64,000 nt of DNA from a virus (IMGVR_UViG_3300037418_003103), one strand, 5' to 3'. Positions 40,969 through 48,534 are shown, counted from the stretch's first letter. Made by a program: numbers and translations. The notes: a model not told the origin generated them from the letters alone.

Positions 40969-41363
40969 TATTTAACAAAGGACTTCGTTCCAATGATTTT
41001 CATATCATCTGAATTCCTGTCAATAAATATGTAGGAATATGAAACAAGATCGAACTCATTTAAGTGATTGATAACTTCTTCTGCAGTAAAACAACTACAT
41101 GAATAAATATCAAATTGTATCATAGCTGGATTATCTTTTTCCCAGCAATGGAGTGAGGCATGGCTTGTTGCCAAGGTGACTGTACCTGTTACGCCTTCGT
41201 TACCAGGTTCATCTACGTAAACACTTGTTGGACCAGCAATCACTTTCATCCGTACCTTTTCTACAAGTCTGGTGAACCAGTTATTAAGTTCATCAGTCTT
41301 AAGTGGCGGCTTATTACAGTACGCTTTAACAATGAGATGCAAGTGATTTGGAATGAATGGCAT
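40968..41363 (-). CDS. speD: S-adenosylmethionine decarboxylase proenzyme family
   Basis: HLIV, GVTG...LATSHASLHCW, DIYSC. Confidence 0.85.
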   Translation of the reverse strand: MPFIPNHLHLIVKAYCNKPPLKTDELNNWFTRLVEKVRMKVIAGPTSVYVDEPGNEGVTGTVTLATSHASLHCWEKDNPAMIQFDIYSCSCFTAEEVINHLNEFDLVSYSYIFIDRNSDDMKIIGTKSFVK

Positions 41364-41422
41364 TTTTTATAATATAAATATAAGATTTATAATATAAAAA
41401 TAAAAAACCAGAATTAATGTGG

Positions 41423-41791
41423 CTAAAAAACTTCTGAAACTTCTACTCTTATGAGTCCCTGTTTTAGACTGAATCCTATCTTATGAGCGGCTGCAAGTGA
41501 TAGATCAACTATTCTCCCCATTCGGGACATTCTGTGAGCCATTCTATCATTAATCTTTACAATAACACTCTTACCAGTCTTTAAGTTCTTAACCAATACC
41601 CTCGCGCCTAGTTTAAAGTTATTGCTGGCTGCAGTTAATTTCTTATGACTAAATACATCTCCTGATGTTGTTGGTGAGCCTTCCAGACTCCTAGCATAGA
41701 TACTTGCTATTCCATGCTTAACATGATGTGATTTATTTAAGCCTAAATTTGTATTCAGCAATATAAAAAATACTAATGGAAATTTAATCAT
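41423..41791 (-). CDS. rlpA: RlpA-like lytic transglycosylase (DPBB)
   Basis: GIASIY, LTAAS, VKINDR, IVDLS.AAA. Confidence 0.85.
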   Translation of the reverse strand: MIKFPLVFFILLNTNLGLNKSHHVKHGIASIYARSLEGSPTTSGDVFSHKKLTAASNNFKLGARVLVKNLKTGKSVIVKINDRMAHRMSRMGRIVDLSLAAAHKIGFSLKQGLIRVEVSEVF

Positions 41792-41857
41792 AACTTTTTA
41801 ATTTAAGTTTATTTTTGCAAATATAAATTTAAAAAGTTAATAATCCAAATTTATCAA

Positions 41858-42214
41858 TCACAAATATCTAATACATAAATAGTTGATTGTTATATGAAGG
41901 ATATTATCAACAATAATTAAAAGCCAGAATGATAAGAAGGGAGGTGCTGATTCAGGGAATCCAGTCGATGTAAAACACCAATTTTTATACTGACAAACAT
42001 ACTTTGCAAGTCTGAATTTATCAATCAAAAAATGTGTTGAGAAGATCACTGCAAGAGCCATGGGCGACGCTATGAAAACAAACGGAATCGCATATAGAAC
42101 GCAATGGACCAGGCAAGCAAGCCATCCTTCCTTAGTAAAGATAACCTTCTTATTGGCCATCCAATTGTTTTGGGTTATATAATCACCCCAGGCATGAAAA
42201 AGTAGTTGTAACAT
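41858..42214 (-). CDS. DUF3307 membrane protein
   Basis: H..GDY..Q..WMA..K, HC..Y, HFLID, DNILH. Confidence 0.8.
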   Translation of the reverse strand: MLQLLFHAWGDYITQNNWMANKKVIFTKEGWLACLVHCVLYAIPFVFIASPMALAVIFSTHFLIDKFRLAKYVCQYKNWCFTSTGFPESAPPFLSFWLLIIVDNILHITINYLCIRYL

Positions 42215-42253
42215 GCCGTTAATATAACCTTACAAAATAAAAAGTAAACTTTG

Positions 42254-42871
42254 TTACCTTAAATAGACATCACCTAGGACCCTTATTTCACCAAGATAAG
42301 TATCAACGCCAGGCAGTATCGGTGTGTTTGATGCGATTCTATTCTTGTCTATTTCTATGACACCTATATCCTTATTCTTAATATTTTCTTCATGAAATAT
42401 AACTAATCCATGGAAAGCCCTGTCATTAAATTTTGATGAGTTTCTGCTAAGTCTGAGCGCCATTAATGCAGCGTAGTCTGGACGTTTATAAACATCAATA
42501 GTTCTCATGTACTCGGTTAAAACAAAATCTCTACGTTCAGAGTCTTGTATTGTGTTTAAAACACTTATAACCTCATTTTCAGTATTTGATCCATTTATTC
42601 TATTCAATAAATTTAATTCATCATAGATAGCCTCAGCTATTTTCCTGTTTGTTACAAAGGATACACCCATAGATTCAGTACCGCCTAAACCACCTGAGTC
42701 CAACCCTGATTTGGCCAGTAAAACACCACTACTAATAACTTTATGATAATTGGTTGTAACATGATATAAAATTAGAGGTAGGGTTTCTATATTAATCTCG
42801 CTTCTACCATGTACAGATTGTTCGCTTAATAAGTTGCGTAGAGACATGGCCAGAGCTTTTTTAATATCCAT
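42254..42871 (-). CDS. Hypothetical protein, possible ADP-ribosyltransferase fold
   Basis: LYHVT...SG.L, GVSFVT, GEIRV; late box upstream. Confidence 0.45.
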   Translation of the reverse strand: MDIKKALAMSLRNLLSEQSVHGRSEINIETLPLILYHVTTNYHKVISSGVLLAKSGLDSGGLGGTESMGVSFVTNRKIAEAIYDELNLLNRINGSNTENEVISVLNTIQDSERRDFVLTEYMRTIDVYKRPDYAALMALRLSRNSSKFNDRAFHGLVIFHEENIKNKDIGVIEIDKNRIASNTPILPGVDTYLGEIRVLGDVYLR

Positions 42872-42906
42872 ATAAAAGGAGTTTTCTTAATTATAAATAT
42901 CTAAAA

Positions 42907-43470
42907 TTACACTTTGGCCAGGGAGTGATTACTTATTAAGTAATGACTACCAAATAGAAGTGCAGAAAATACAAGTGTTGATATAAGACTCCATGGATAG
43001 AATGGAAGTCCATCAGCATAACACATCATAAGACCACCCAGTGTTTTTGGTCTACCAAGACCTGCCAGCGGTGAAGTGCTAAGCCAAACTAAGAAGTTAG
43101 AAATAATAAAATAAGTGGTGGGAGCTGCGATAGAGGCAAAAAGTATTCTCTTTACATTAATACCTTTAATAAAGAAGCCAAATACGCACATTGCAGCAAA
43201 TAATAGATAATTGGTTGCTTGGCCCTCATAAAATCCTGGTGTACTACCAATTCCGTTTATAAAAAGCAACTGATACAAGGTATCAGAAATAAACATTGAA
43301 AGAAGTGGTAGGATAAAGGAAAATTTTTTATCTTCTACAATATAACCAGCAAAAATAGCAATCGCTATTTGTGGAGCAAAGCCAAAAGGCCTAGATGGAA
43401 TTATCCTGTATAGTGAGGCAACAAGTATGAGAAGAAGTAGGTTATATACTACTGATTTAGTTGTGTTCAT
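42907..43470 (-). CDS. DUF6580 family putative transport membrane protein
   Basis: FAPQIAIAIFAG, PLLSMFISD, SNFLVW, GLMMCY..GLPF. Confidence 0.8.
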   Translation of the reverse strand: MNTTKSVVYNLLLLILVASLYRIIPSRPFGFAPQIAIAIFAGYIVEDKKFSFILPLLSMFISDTLYQLLFINGIGSTPGFYEGQATNYLLFAAMCVFGFFIKGINVKRILFASIAAPTTYFIISNFLVWLSTSPLAGLGRPKTLGGLMMCYADGLPFYPWSLISTLVFSALLFGSHYLISNHSLAKV

Positions 43471-43553
43471 AATTTAAGACAAATTTACTATAAATCTCTA
43501 GATAGTCAAGTTGATTAAAATATTATTTCTTATCTCAAAAACAATATCGAAAG

Positions 43554-44288
43554 TGGTGTGAGGTGGTCTCGAACCACCGACGACTGGATTTATTTCCTTG
43601 CCTGTTTAGAACAAAAAGTGTCAGTTTGACTATGACAATTAGGGCATAGTATTCTTAAATTACTTACTCTATTATCTGCCCTATCACCATTTATATGGTC
43701 TAATTGTAATACTAACGGTTTACCGTTCCAATTCGGTTCCTGTTGGCATTCATAACACTTATTTTCTAAAAATCCTTCCTCTAGGGCTCTTTTCTTAACT
43801 GTTTTAGTATTATTAGTTTTTGACGGAAAACTAAAAATATCATCTAATGTTAACCTCTTTTGGAAACCATTCTTGGTGCTACTAATACCAAAATCAAATT
43901 TAAGTTCACTCAAATTGATCTCGTATAAGCTAGCATATTTTTCAAGAGTCTGAAAATTACCTGATCTTATTTTAAGACCTAATTTCCTAAGTACCTCACT
44001 CTTTGAGTGACTGTTTTTAACAGCAATAACCAATAGTTGCTTCGTCCAATTAACAGTTTTTTTATACCCAATAGTTTTCAGCTCAAACTTCTTCAAGTAA
44101 TAGCGAACTGTTGAGGGCGATACGCCGAATTCTTTAGCTATTTCTCTTATTGATAGCTTTAGAGATACTAACTTAATTAATTTTTCTTTGTCCACCTATA
44201 TAAATAGGCGGACACGCCATAATTATAACAAATTCCTATAAAGTATTAGAAAATAAATCCTTTACTATACCAACTGAGTTATCTATTC
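43554..44288 (-). pseudogene. tRNA-Phe-like remnant split at the anticodon loop by an HNH gene
   Basis: 5' half about 44249-44288 (ACTCAGTTGGTATAGTAAAGGA); 3' half 43554-43597 with intact T-arm GGTGG-TTCGAGA-CCACC; acceptor pairs only 3/7. Confidence 0.55.
43590..44195 (-). CDS. HNH homing endonuclease with N-terminal HTH
   Basis: SIREIAKEFGVS; CYEC, LQLDHING..DN...NLRILCPNCHSQT. Confidence 0.9.
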   Translation of the reverse strand: MDKEKLIKLVSLKLSIREIAKEFGVSPSTVRYYLKKFELKTIGYKKTVNWTKQLLVIAVKNSHSKSEVLRKLGLKIRSGNFQTLEKYASLYEINLSELKFDFGISSTKNGFQKRLTLDDIFSFPSKTNNTKTVKKRALEEGFLENKCYECQQEPNWNGKPLVLQLDHINGDRADNRVSNLRILCPNCHSQTDTFCSKQARK

Positions 44289-44525
44289 TTTTTGGTTATC
44301 ATCTTCTTTATACTTAGTGTTTAAATAATGTAGATAGCCAATTTCTTCAGAAGTTAATTCACCAATAAAAAAACTATCTTTAAATTTTTCAGTATTAAAT
44401 ACGTGATATCTCACATTTTTATTCGAAAAGTATTCAACTTCAACAAGTTTGCCTAATTCAATTAATTCGTCTATAAAATATTCATACTGTTCTAAAGCTG
44501 TCATCATAATTTTAATTTTTATTTG

Positions 44526-44596
44526 AATTACATGAGAGATTCGAACTCCCGTGGTGTGGGTTGCAACCACACGCCTAACCACTCGGCCAATGTAAT
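44526..44596 (-). tRNA. tRNA-Cys(GCA)
   Basis: Cloverleaf; loop TTGCAAC; U73. Confidence 0.9.
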
Positions 44597-44597
44597 A

Positions 44598-44807
44598 TTA
44601 AGCTTCTTTTATCATTCCAAGGATTTCTCTTGGAGATACAAGAGTACACTTCTCTTGTATCTCCTTTATTCTTCTCTTGGGAATATCGTAGTGATTCTTG
44701 TGAAACCAGCATTTTTTAATCCCAAGCAACTCACCCATTAAATGCAGGTTCTCTATTGAATACGGTATGCATATCAGATGTCTCTGTTTATCACAGAAGT
44801 ACTTCAT
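44598..44807 (-). CDS. DUF4031-like protein
   Basis: NLH.M...LGIKKCWFH..HYDIP. Confidence 0.65.
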   Translation of the reverse strand: MKYFCDKQRHLICIPYSIENLHLMGELLGIKKCWFHKNHYDIPKRRIKEIQEKCTLVSPREILGMIKEA

Positions 44808-45013
44808 TTCCATTGCTTCTTTCTGTTGTACTTCCATGTTCTATACTCCCCGTATTTCCATTTTAGAATCTCTTTATTTTTTCTTCTACCTCTTGAACGA
44901 TGGTATATAATACCTTCATCCCAGTAGGGTTCAGACATCCTATCATTGGTTACAATCTTGTATTCTTTCCTACAAGTTGTCTTTTGGCTCACTGAGCCTT
45001 TAAATGGTTTCAT
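44804..45013 (-). CDS. Small basic protein ending WKYNRKKQWK
   Basis: Shares its C-terminal motif with 45433-45621. Confidence 0.65.
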   Translation of the reverse strand: MKPFKGSVSQKTTCRKEYKIVTNDRMSEPYWDEGIIYHRSRGRRKNKEILKWKYGEYRTWKYNRKKQWK

Positions 45014-45054
45014 CAATTAGATTTTTATATCTAATGTTCTGTTACTCTTTTCAT
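45011..45054 (-). promoter_or_regulatory. uORF MKRVTEH* plus hairpin next to the start codon
   Basis: Stop TAG lies in hairpin ATTAGAT/ATCTAAT; ATG 17 nt after the stop. Confidence 0.55.
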
Positions 45055-45100
45055 ATTATTTTTTTTTAACCAACAGTATTTAGTTGGCCAATTTTTAATT

Positions 45101-45451
45101 TTATACTATTCCAAATATTAGTAATTTTGCGGGCATTGCAGCAAAATAATCTGCATCATCCATTTTTGATACTGGCACTTCAAATCTTACTATTTCTGCA
45201 TTTATTTCTCCACAATTGATTAAAGTTTGATAATAGGCTACCCCTTTTCTTATCATTGTCAAAGTAGCTTGTGGGTTTTGCTTATAAAGAATTTTCTTTA
45301 TTTCATTTTTTTTGTCAATCTCTTTTTGAATCTTCCAATCATCGAAACCTGGAGGTGGTGGTACAAATCCGCGCATGTTATTTTTAATTTGTTTTTTACT
45401 TTTTTCAGACTGTTCCTCTGTTAAATTAGGAACTAATTCATTTGCTTCCAT
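45101..45451 (-). CDS. Hypothetical protein
   Basis: KKILYKQNP.A, FEVPVSKM.DA. Confidence 0.6.
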   Translation of the reverse strand: MEANELVPNLTEEQSEKSKKQIKNNMRGFVPPPPGFDDWKIQKEIDKKNEIKKILYKQNPQATLTMIRKGVAYYQTLINCGEINAEIVRFEVPVSKMDDADYFAAMPAKLLIFGIV

Positions 45452-45621
45452 TGTGTTTTTCTATTTAATTTCCAATTGATTTTGTGCCTATTATATCTGC
45501 GATATCTATTACAGCCTCTATGAGGTCTACATCTATCACAACCTAATCTATTTCTCAACCAAATTATTCTAAAGGTTCTTGAATCTGTTACTTTTTCTAT
45601 TTCTTTTGTTTTGTATGACAT
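45433..45621 (-). CDS. Small basic Cys/His protein ending WKLNRKTQWKQMN
   Basis: CDRCRPHRGCN; Arg/Lys-rich. Confidence 0.65.
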   Translation of the reverse strand: MSYKTKEIEKVTDSRTFRIIWLRNRLGCDRCRPHRGCNRYRRYNRHKINWKLNRKTQWKQMN

Positions 45622-45665
45622 TCTGAATTGTTTTTAATTCAGAAGAAGTCGTATTGTTTTTTCAT
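45619..45665 (-). promoter_or_regulatory. uORF MKKQYDFF* plus start-occluding hairpin
   Basis: Stop TGA lies in hairpin TTCTGAATT/AATTCAGAA; ATG 17 nt after the stop. Confidence 0.6.
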
Positions 45666-45684
45666 TTAATTTATATTTTACTTG

Positions 45685-45755
45685 TAGCACCACTAAGATT
45701 CGAACTTAGTCGTCGAAAATCAAAATTTCGCATGCTGCCGTTACATCATGGTGCA
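45685..45755 (-). tRNA. tRNA-Gln(TTG)
   Basis: CGAAA-TTTTGAT-TTTCG anticodon arm; GTTCGAATC T-arm. Confidence 0.88.
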
Positions 45756-46120
45756 ATTTTACTCCAAATTCTATTTTCCAGGTCCTTATAAAAGGGTTCA
45801 GGGATCTTTATTCCTCTTGACTCAAAATCCTCTACAATTTCCTGCTTCCTAAAAGTACCTTCAACTACACCATCACTCCAAAGGTTGACATGCAACCCCC
45901 AACTCTTCTTAGCTGTTATTACAGCCCTGGTTATGTTCGGATGGCGGGTAATAACCTCAAATATATCATTACTCTTAAATTCTCCATTATCAAATCTCTT
46001 AAAGGCTTCCTTTCCTGAGAATGAACCAGTTCCTTGTTTGAATCTGTAGTCCAGATTCAGATCACATCCACAAAAGATAAGTAACCCACTTCTATATGAC
46101 TTCAGAAAGAATGAGAACAT
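45746..46120 (-). CDS. Hypothetical protein (possibly frameshifted 5' end)
   Basis: Frame stays open about 40 codons upstream without a start codon. Confidence 0.5.
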   Translation of the reverse strand: MFSFFLKSYRSGLLIFCGCDLNLDYRFKQGTGSFSGKEAFKRFDNGEFKSNDIFEVITRHPNITRAVITAKKSWGLHVNLWSDGVVEGTFRKQEIVEDFESRGIKIPEPFYKDLENRIWSKIAP

Positions 46121-46253
46121 TTCATTAAAGTTTTCTGAATACTTTCTTATCTTTCTATCTTTTCTTGAACCAATCAGTTTTTTTCTTTCTTCTCTATCCT
46201 GATTGGTTACATTGCGTCCAGCCGTTTCATAATGCTCATAATTTTAATTTGTC

Positions 46254-46514
46254 TTAGGGTATTATTCCAAGTGATTTTAATTCTTTTTCAATACCTCTTC
46301 CCTCCTTATTGGAGGCGGTACAAAAGCACTGTACCGCCTCAGCTACTGCGACCTCTACATCATCGTCATAAGCCGCAATTGTATTCAGTTTGAACAATGG
46401 TATGTCAACGTCCAAGTAACCCATTCTTTGAGTTGTAATTACTGGCGTTAGGACACTATAGCTCCTTCCAGGAAGATCCATTGTTATATTCATTACTTTA
46501 TTATCATTCTCCAT
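46254..46514 (-). CDS. Hypothetical protein
   Basis: 86-aa ORF inside the tRNA array. Confidence 0.5.
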   Translation of the reverse strand: MENDNKVMNITMDLPGRSYSVLTPVITTQRMGYLDVDIPLFKLNTIAAYDDDVEVAVAEAVQCFCTASNKEGRGIEKELKSLGIIP

Positions 46515-46602
46515 ATTAATAATGTTTCATAATAAATATTAGCAAACGGTGGCAGAGGATAGGCGTGCACTAACGCCTCGTTTTACGTCAAACTTTGCCT
46601 TG

Positions 46603-46676
46603 CTCAGGCTTGTGGATTCGAACCACAGTCTCCACCGCATATATAGGTGGCATCCTAACCGCTAGACCAAACCTGA
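46603..46676 (-). tRNA. tRNA of undetermined identity (Asp/Glu-type body, 9-nt anticodon loop)
   Basis: All stems intact; CCACC-TATATATGC-GGTGG. Confidence 0.7.
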
Positions 46677-46781
46677 ATTTAAGATCTGACTAAAGCTTAG
46701 ACGCACACGTGGCTATGGTGGCTCTCCTTCGGCTGATTCAGCAAATTTTTGCTGACACCGTTTATTAATATTTAAAGAACT

Positions 46782-46858
46782 TGGCGGTTTGGACGGGACT
46801 CGAACCCGTGACCTCCGCCGTGACAGGGCGGCATTCTAACCAACTGAACTACCAAACC
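46782..46858 (-). tRNA. tRNA-Asp(GTC) with encoded CCA
   Basis: Canonical cloverleaf; loop CTGTCAC. Confidence 0.97.
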
Positions 46859-46903
46859 TTTTAATCGTTTTTAAAACACGCAGAACGATTCAAAACTGAC
46901 CTG

Positions 46904-46976
46904 AGTTCCCTGCTGGACTTGAACCAGCGACCAATCCCTATTACAGGACTGCTCTAACCAACTGAGCTAAGGGAGC
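46904..46976 (-). tRNA. tRNA of undetermined identity (irregular anticodon loop)
   Basis: Good D- and T-arms; AGTCC-TGTAATAG-GGATT. Confidence 0.65.
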
Positions 46977-46982
46977 GTTTTG

Positions 46983-47055
46983 TAGCACGAACGGGAATCG
47001 AACCCGTGACTTCTCCGTGAAAGGGAGACGTCTTAAACCCCTTGACCATCGCGCC
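46983..47055 (-). tRNA. tRNA-Glu(TTC)
   Basis: TCTCC-CTTTCAC-GGAGA. Confidence 0.95.
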
Positions 47056-47067
47056 ATTAATATTTAG

Positions 47068-47141
47068 TAGTCCATGAAGGACTCGAACCCTCAACCTCCT
47101 GATCCGTTATCAGGTGCTCTATCCAGTTGAGCTAATGAACC
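47068..47141 (-). tRNA. tRNA-Arg(ACG), A at position 33
   Basis: CCTGA-TAACGGA-TCAGG. Confidence 0.88.
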
Positions 47142-47152
47142 GTTTTTTTTTG

Positions 47153-47224
47153 AGCAGAATATTGGATTCGAACCACACATCCTGATTACAAATCAGGCGC
47201 TCTACCAGCTAAGCTATATTCTGC
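47153..47224 (-). tRNA. tRNA-Thr(TGT)
   Basis: CCTGA-TTTGTAA-TCAGG; short variable/T region. Confidence 0.85.
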
Positions 47225-47231
47225 ATTTGTC

Positions 47232-48039
47232 GGAGACGTGGGGCTCGAAACATACTTTTCTTTAATTATTTGGTATTTATTAATATGAAGCCAAAATACA
47301 CTAATAAAGAATTTGAAGAAGCAACTTCAACCACAGAATTACCTTGCGAATGTTACCAATGTTCAAATACATTTCTTAAAATTAAAAAACATATAACTTT
47401 TGAACTTAAACACAATGTCGGTGAGTGTAAATTTTGCTCACAACAGTGTTTATCTAATTTTAAAAATAAGAAAATTAGTGTTAATTGTTCAAATTGTTCA
47501 AAGACCTTTAAAAAAAACAAACATAGAATGAAATTATCATTAAATCATTTCTGTTCACGCTCATGCTCCGCAACCTATAATAACATTCATAAAACTTACG
47601 GCACTAGAAGGTCAAAATTGGAATGTTGGTTAGAGCAACAACTCACCGCATTATACCCTACCATCCATTTTGATTTCAACAAGAAAACTATTATCAAGTC
47701 TGAGCTAGATATTTACATACCATCATTATCATTAGCATTTGAATTAAACGGTATCTTTCATTACGAACCCATATTCGGCATTAAAAAACTTAACCAAACA
47801 CAGAACAACGATATTTCCAAAAGTAAAGCTTGCTTTGACGCAAAAGTTGACCTTTGTATTATAGATGTTTCATCTCAAAATTATTTCAAAGAACCTTCCA
47901 GTATCAAATTTTTAGATATCATCCGAAAAATTATTGATGACCGCTTGTTAACATCTTAGCCGCTATAAAAATAACGTTACCAGCAAACACCTCTTGGCGG
48001 TGGGTTAACTTAGTTTGCCTAGGAGACGTGGGGCTCGAA
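47232..48039. mobile_element. Endonuclease cassette flanked by an 18-bp direct repeat of a tRNA 3' end
   Basis: ggagacgtggggctcgaa at 47232-47249 and 48022-48039. Confidence 0.75.
47285..47959 (+). CDS. Zinc-finger plus PD-(D/E)XK (Vsr/DUF559-like) homing-type endonuclease
   Basis: CxxC/FCSxxC repeats; ELDIYIP..AFELNG.FH; antisense to the array. Confidence 0.8.
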   Translation: MKPKYTNKEFEEATSTTELPCECYQCSNTFLKIKKHITFELKHNVGECKFCSQQCLSNFKNKKISVNCSNCSKTFKKNKHRMKLSLNHFCSRSCSATYNNIHKTYGTRRSKLECWLEQQLTALYPTIHFDFNKKTIIKSELDIYIPSLSLAFELNGIFHYEPIFGIKKLNQTQNNDISKSKACFDAKVDLCIIDVSSQNYFKEPSSIKFLDIIRKIIDDRLLTS

Positions 48040-48094
48040 CCCACCTGACCTGATACCCTTCCGACACGGTATAAGCGTGAGGGGATAGACTCCA
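48020..48094 (-). tRNA. Atypical D-armless tRNA-Ile(TAT)-like RNA
   Basis: CACG-CTTATAC-CGTG arm, GTGGG-TTCGAGC-CCCAC T-arm, no D-stem. Confidence 0.6.
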
Positions 48095-48105
48095 ATTTTT
48101 AATAG

Positions 48106-48178
48106 AGCGAAGTGTCAGATTCGAACTGCATCCCCTGGTTGGAAGCCAAGTACTTTAAGCCATTAAGCTACACCTCGC
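48106..48178 (-). tRNA. tRNA-Gly(TCC)
   Basis: Loop CTTCCAA; GCG/CGC acceptor with U73. Confidence 0.9.
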
Positions 48179-48184
48179 AATTTG

Positions 48185-48258
48185 TGGTCCCTGCTGGATT
48201 CGAACCAGCGGCCCTTGGTTTGTAATACCAATGCTCTAACCAACTGAGCTAAAGGACT
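48185..48258 (-). tRNA. tRNA-Val(TAC)
   Basis: TTGGT-ATTACAA-ACCAA. Confidence 0.9.
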
Positions 48259-48259
48259 A

Positions 48260-48298
48260 TGGAGCCGAGAGGCAGCATCCCTGCCTGTTCAACTCGGC
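48260..48298 (-). ncRNA. 39-nt CCA-terminated tRNA minihelix-like RNA
   Basis: GCCGAG-TTGAAC-AGGCAG-GGATG-CTGCCT-CTCGGC-T-CCA. Confidence 0.55.
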
Positions 48299-48534
48299 AT
48301 ATACTCTTTATAATTTTATTCAAAATAATCTGTCGCAATAACCAACTCATCTAATTTCTTTTTACTAACCTTCTTTGCTATTATCTTAAGATCATACTCT
48401 TCCCACCTAATTTGTGCTTTACGAATTGCTTCCTCTTCTGATTCGGCAAGAGTATAACAATACATTGGTGTTTTTGCTCCTTTCATTATAGGTATAAATA
48501 CAAAATATAATTCATTCATTTGTTAATTTTTTTG

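Noticed and set aside
43554-44288. tmRNA interpretation of the split tRNA-like element
   Set aside because: No G3:U70 alanine acceptor and no tag reading frame; the insert is an HNH gene.
44523-44741. Plus-strand ORF 44523-44741 and the 5' part of ORF 44283-44582
   Set aside because: They overlap tRNA-Cys; the true start of 44283 is probably the downstream MMTALE.
46680-46765. SRP RNA
   Set aside because: Only a vague GAAGG likeness; the conserved CAGG-GNRA-AGCA domain is absent.
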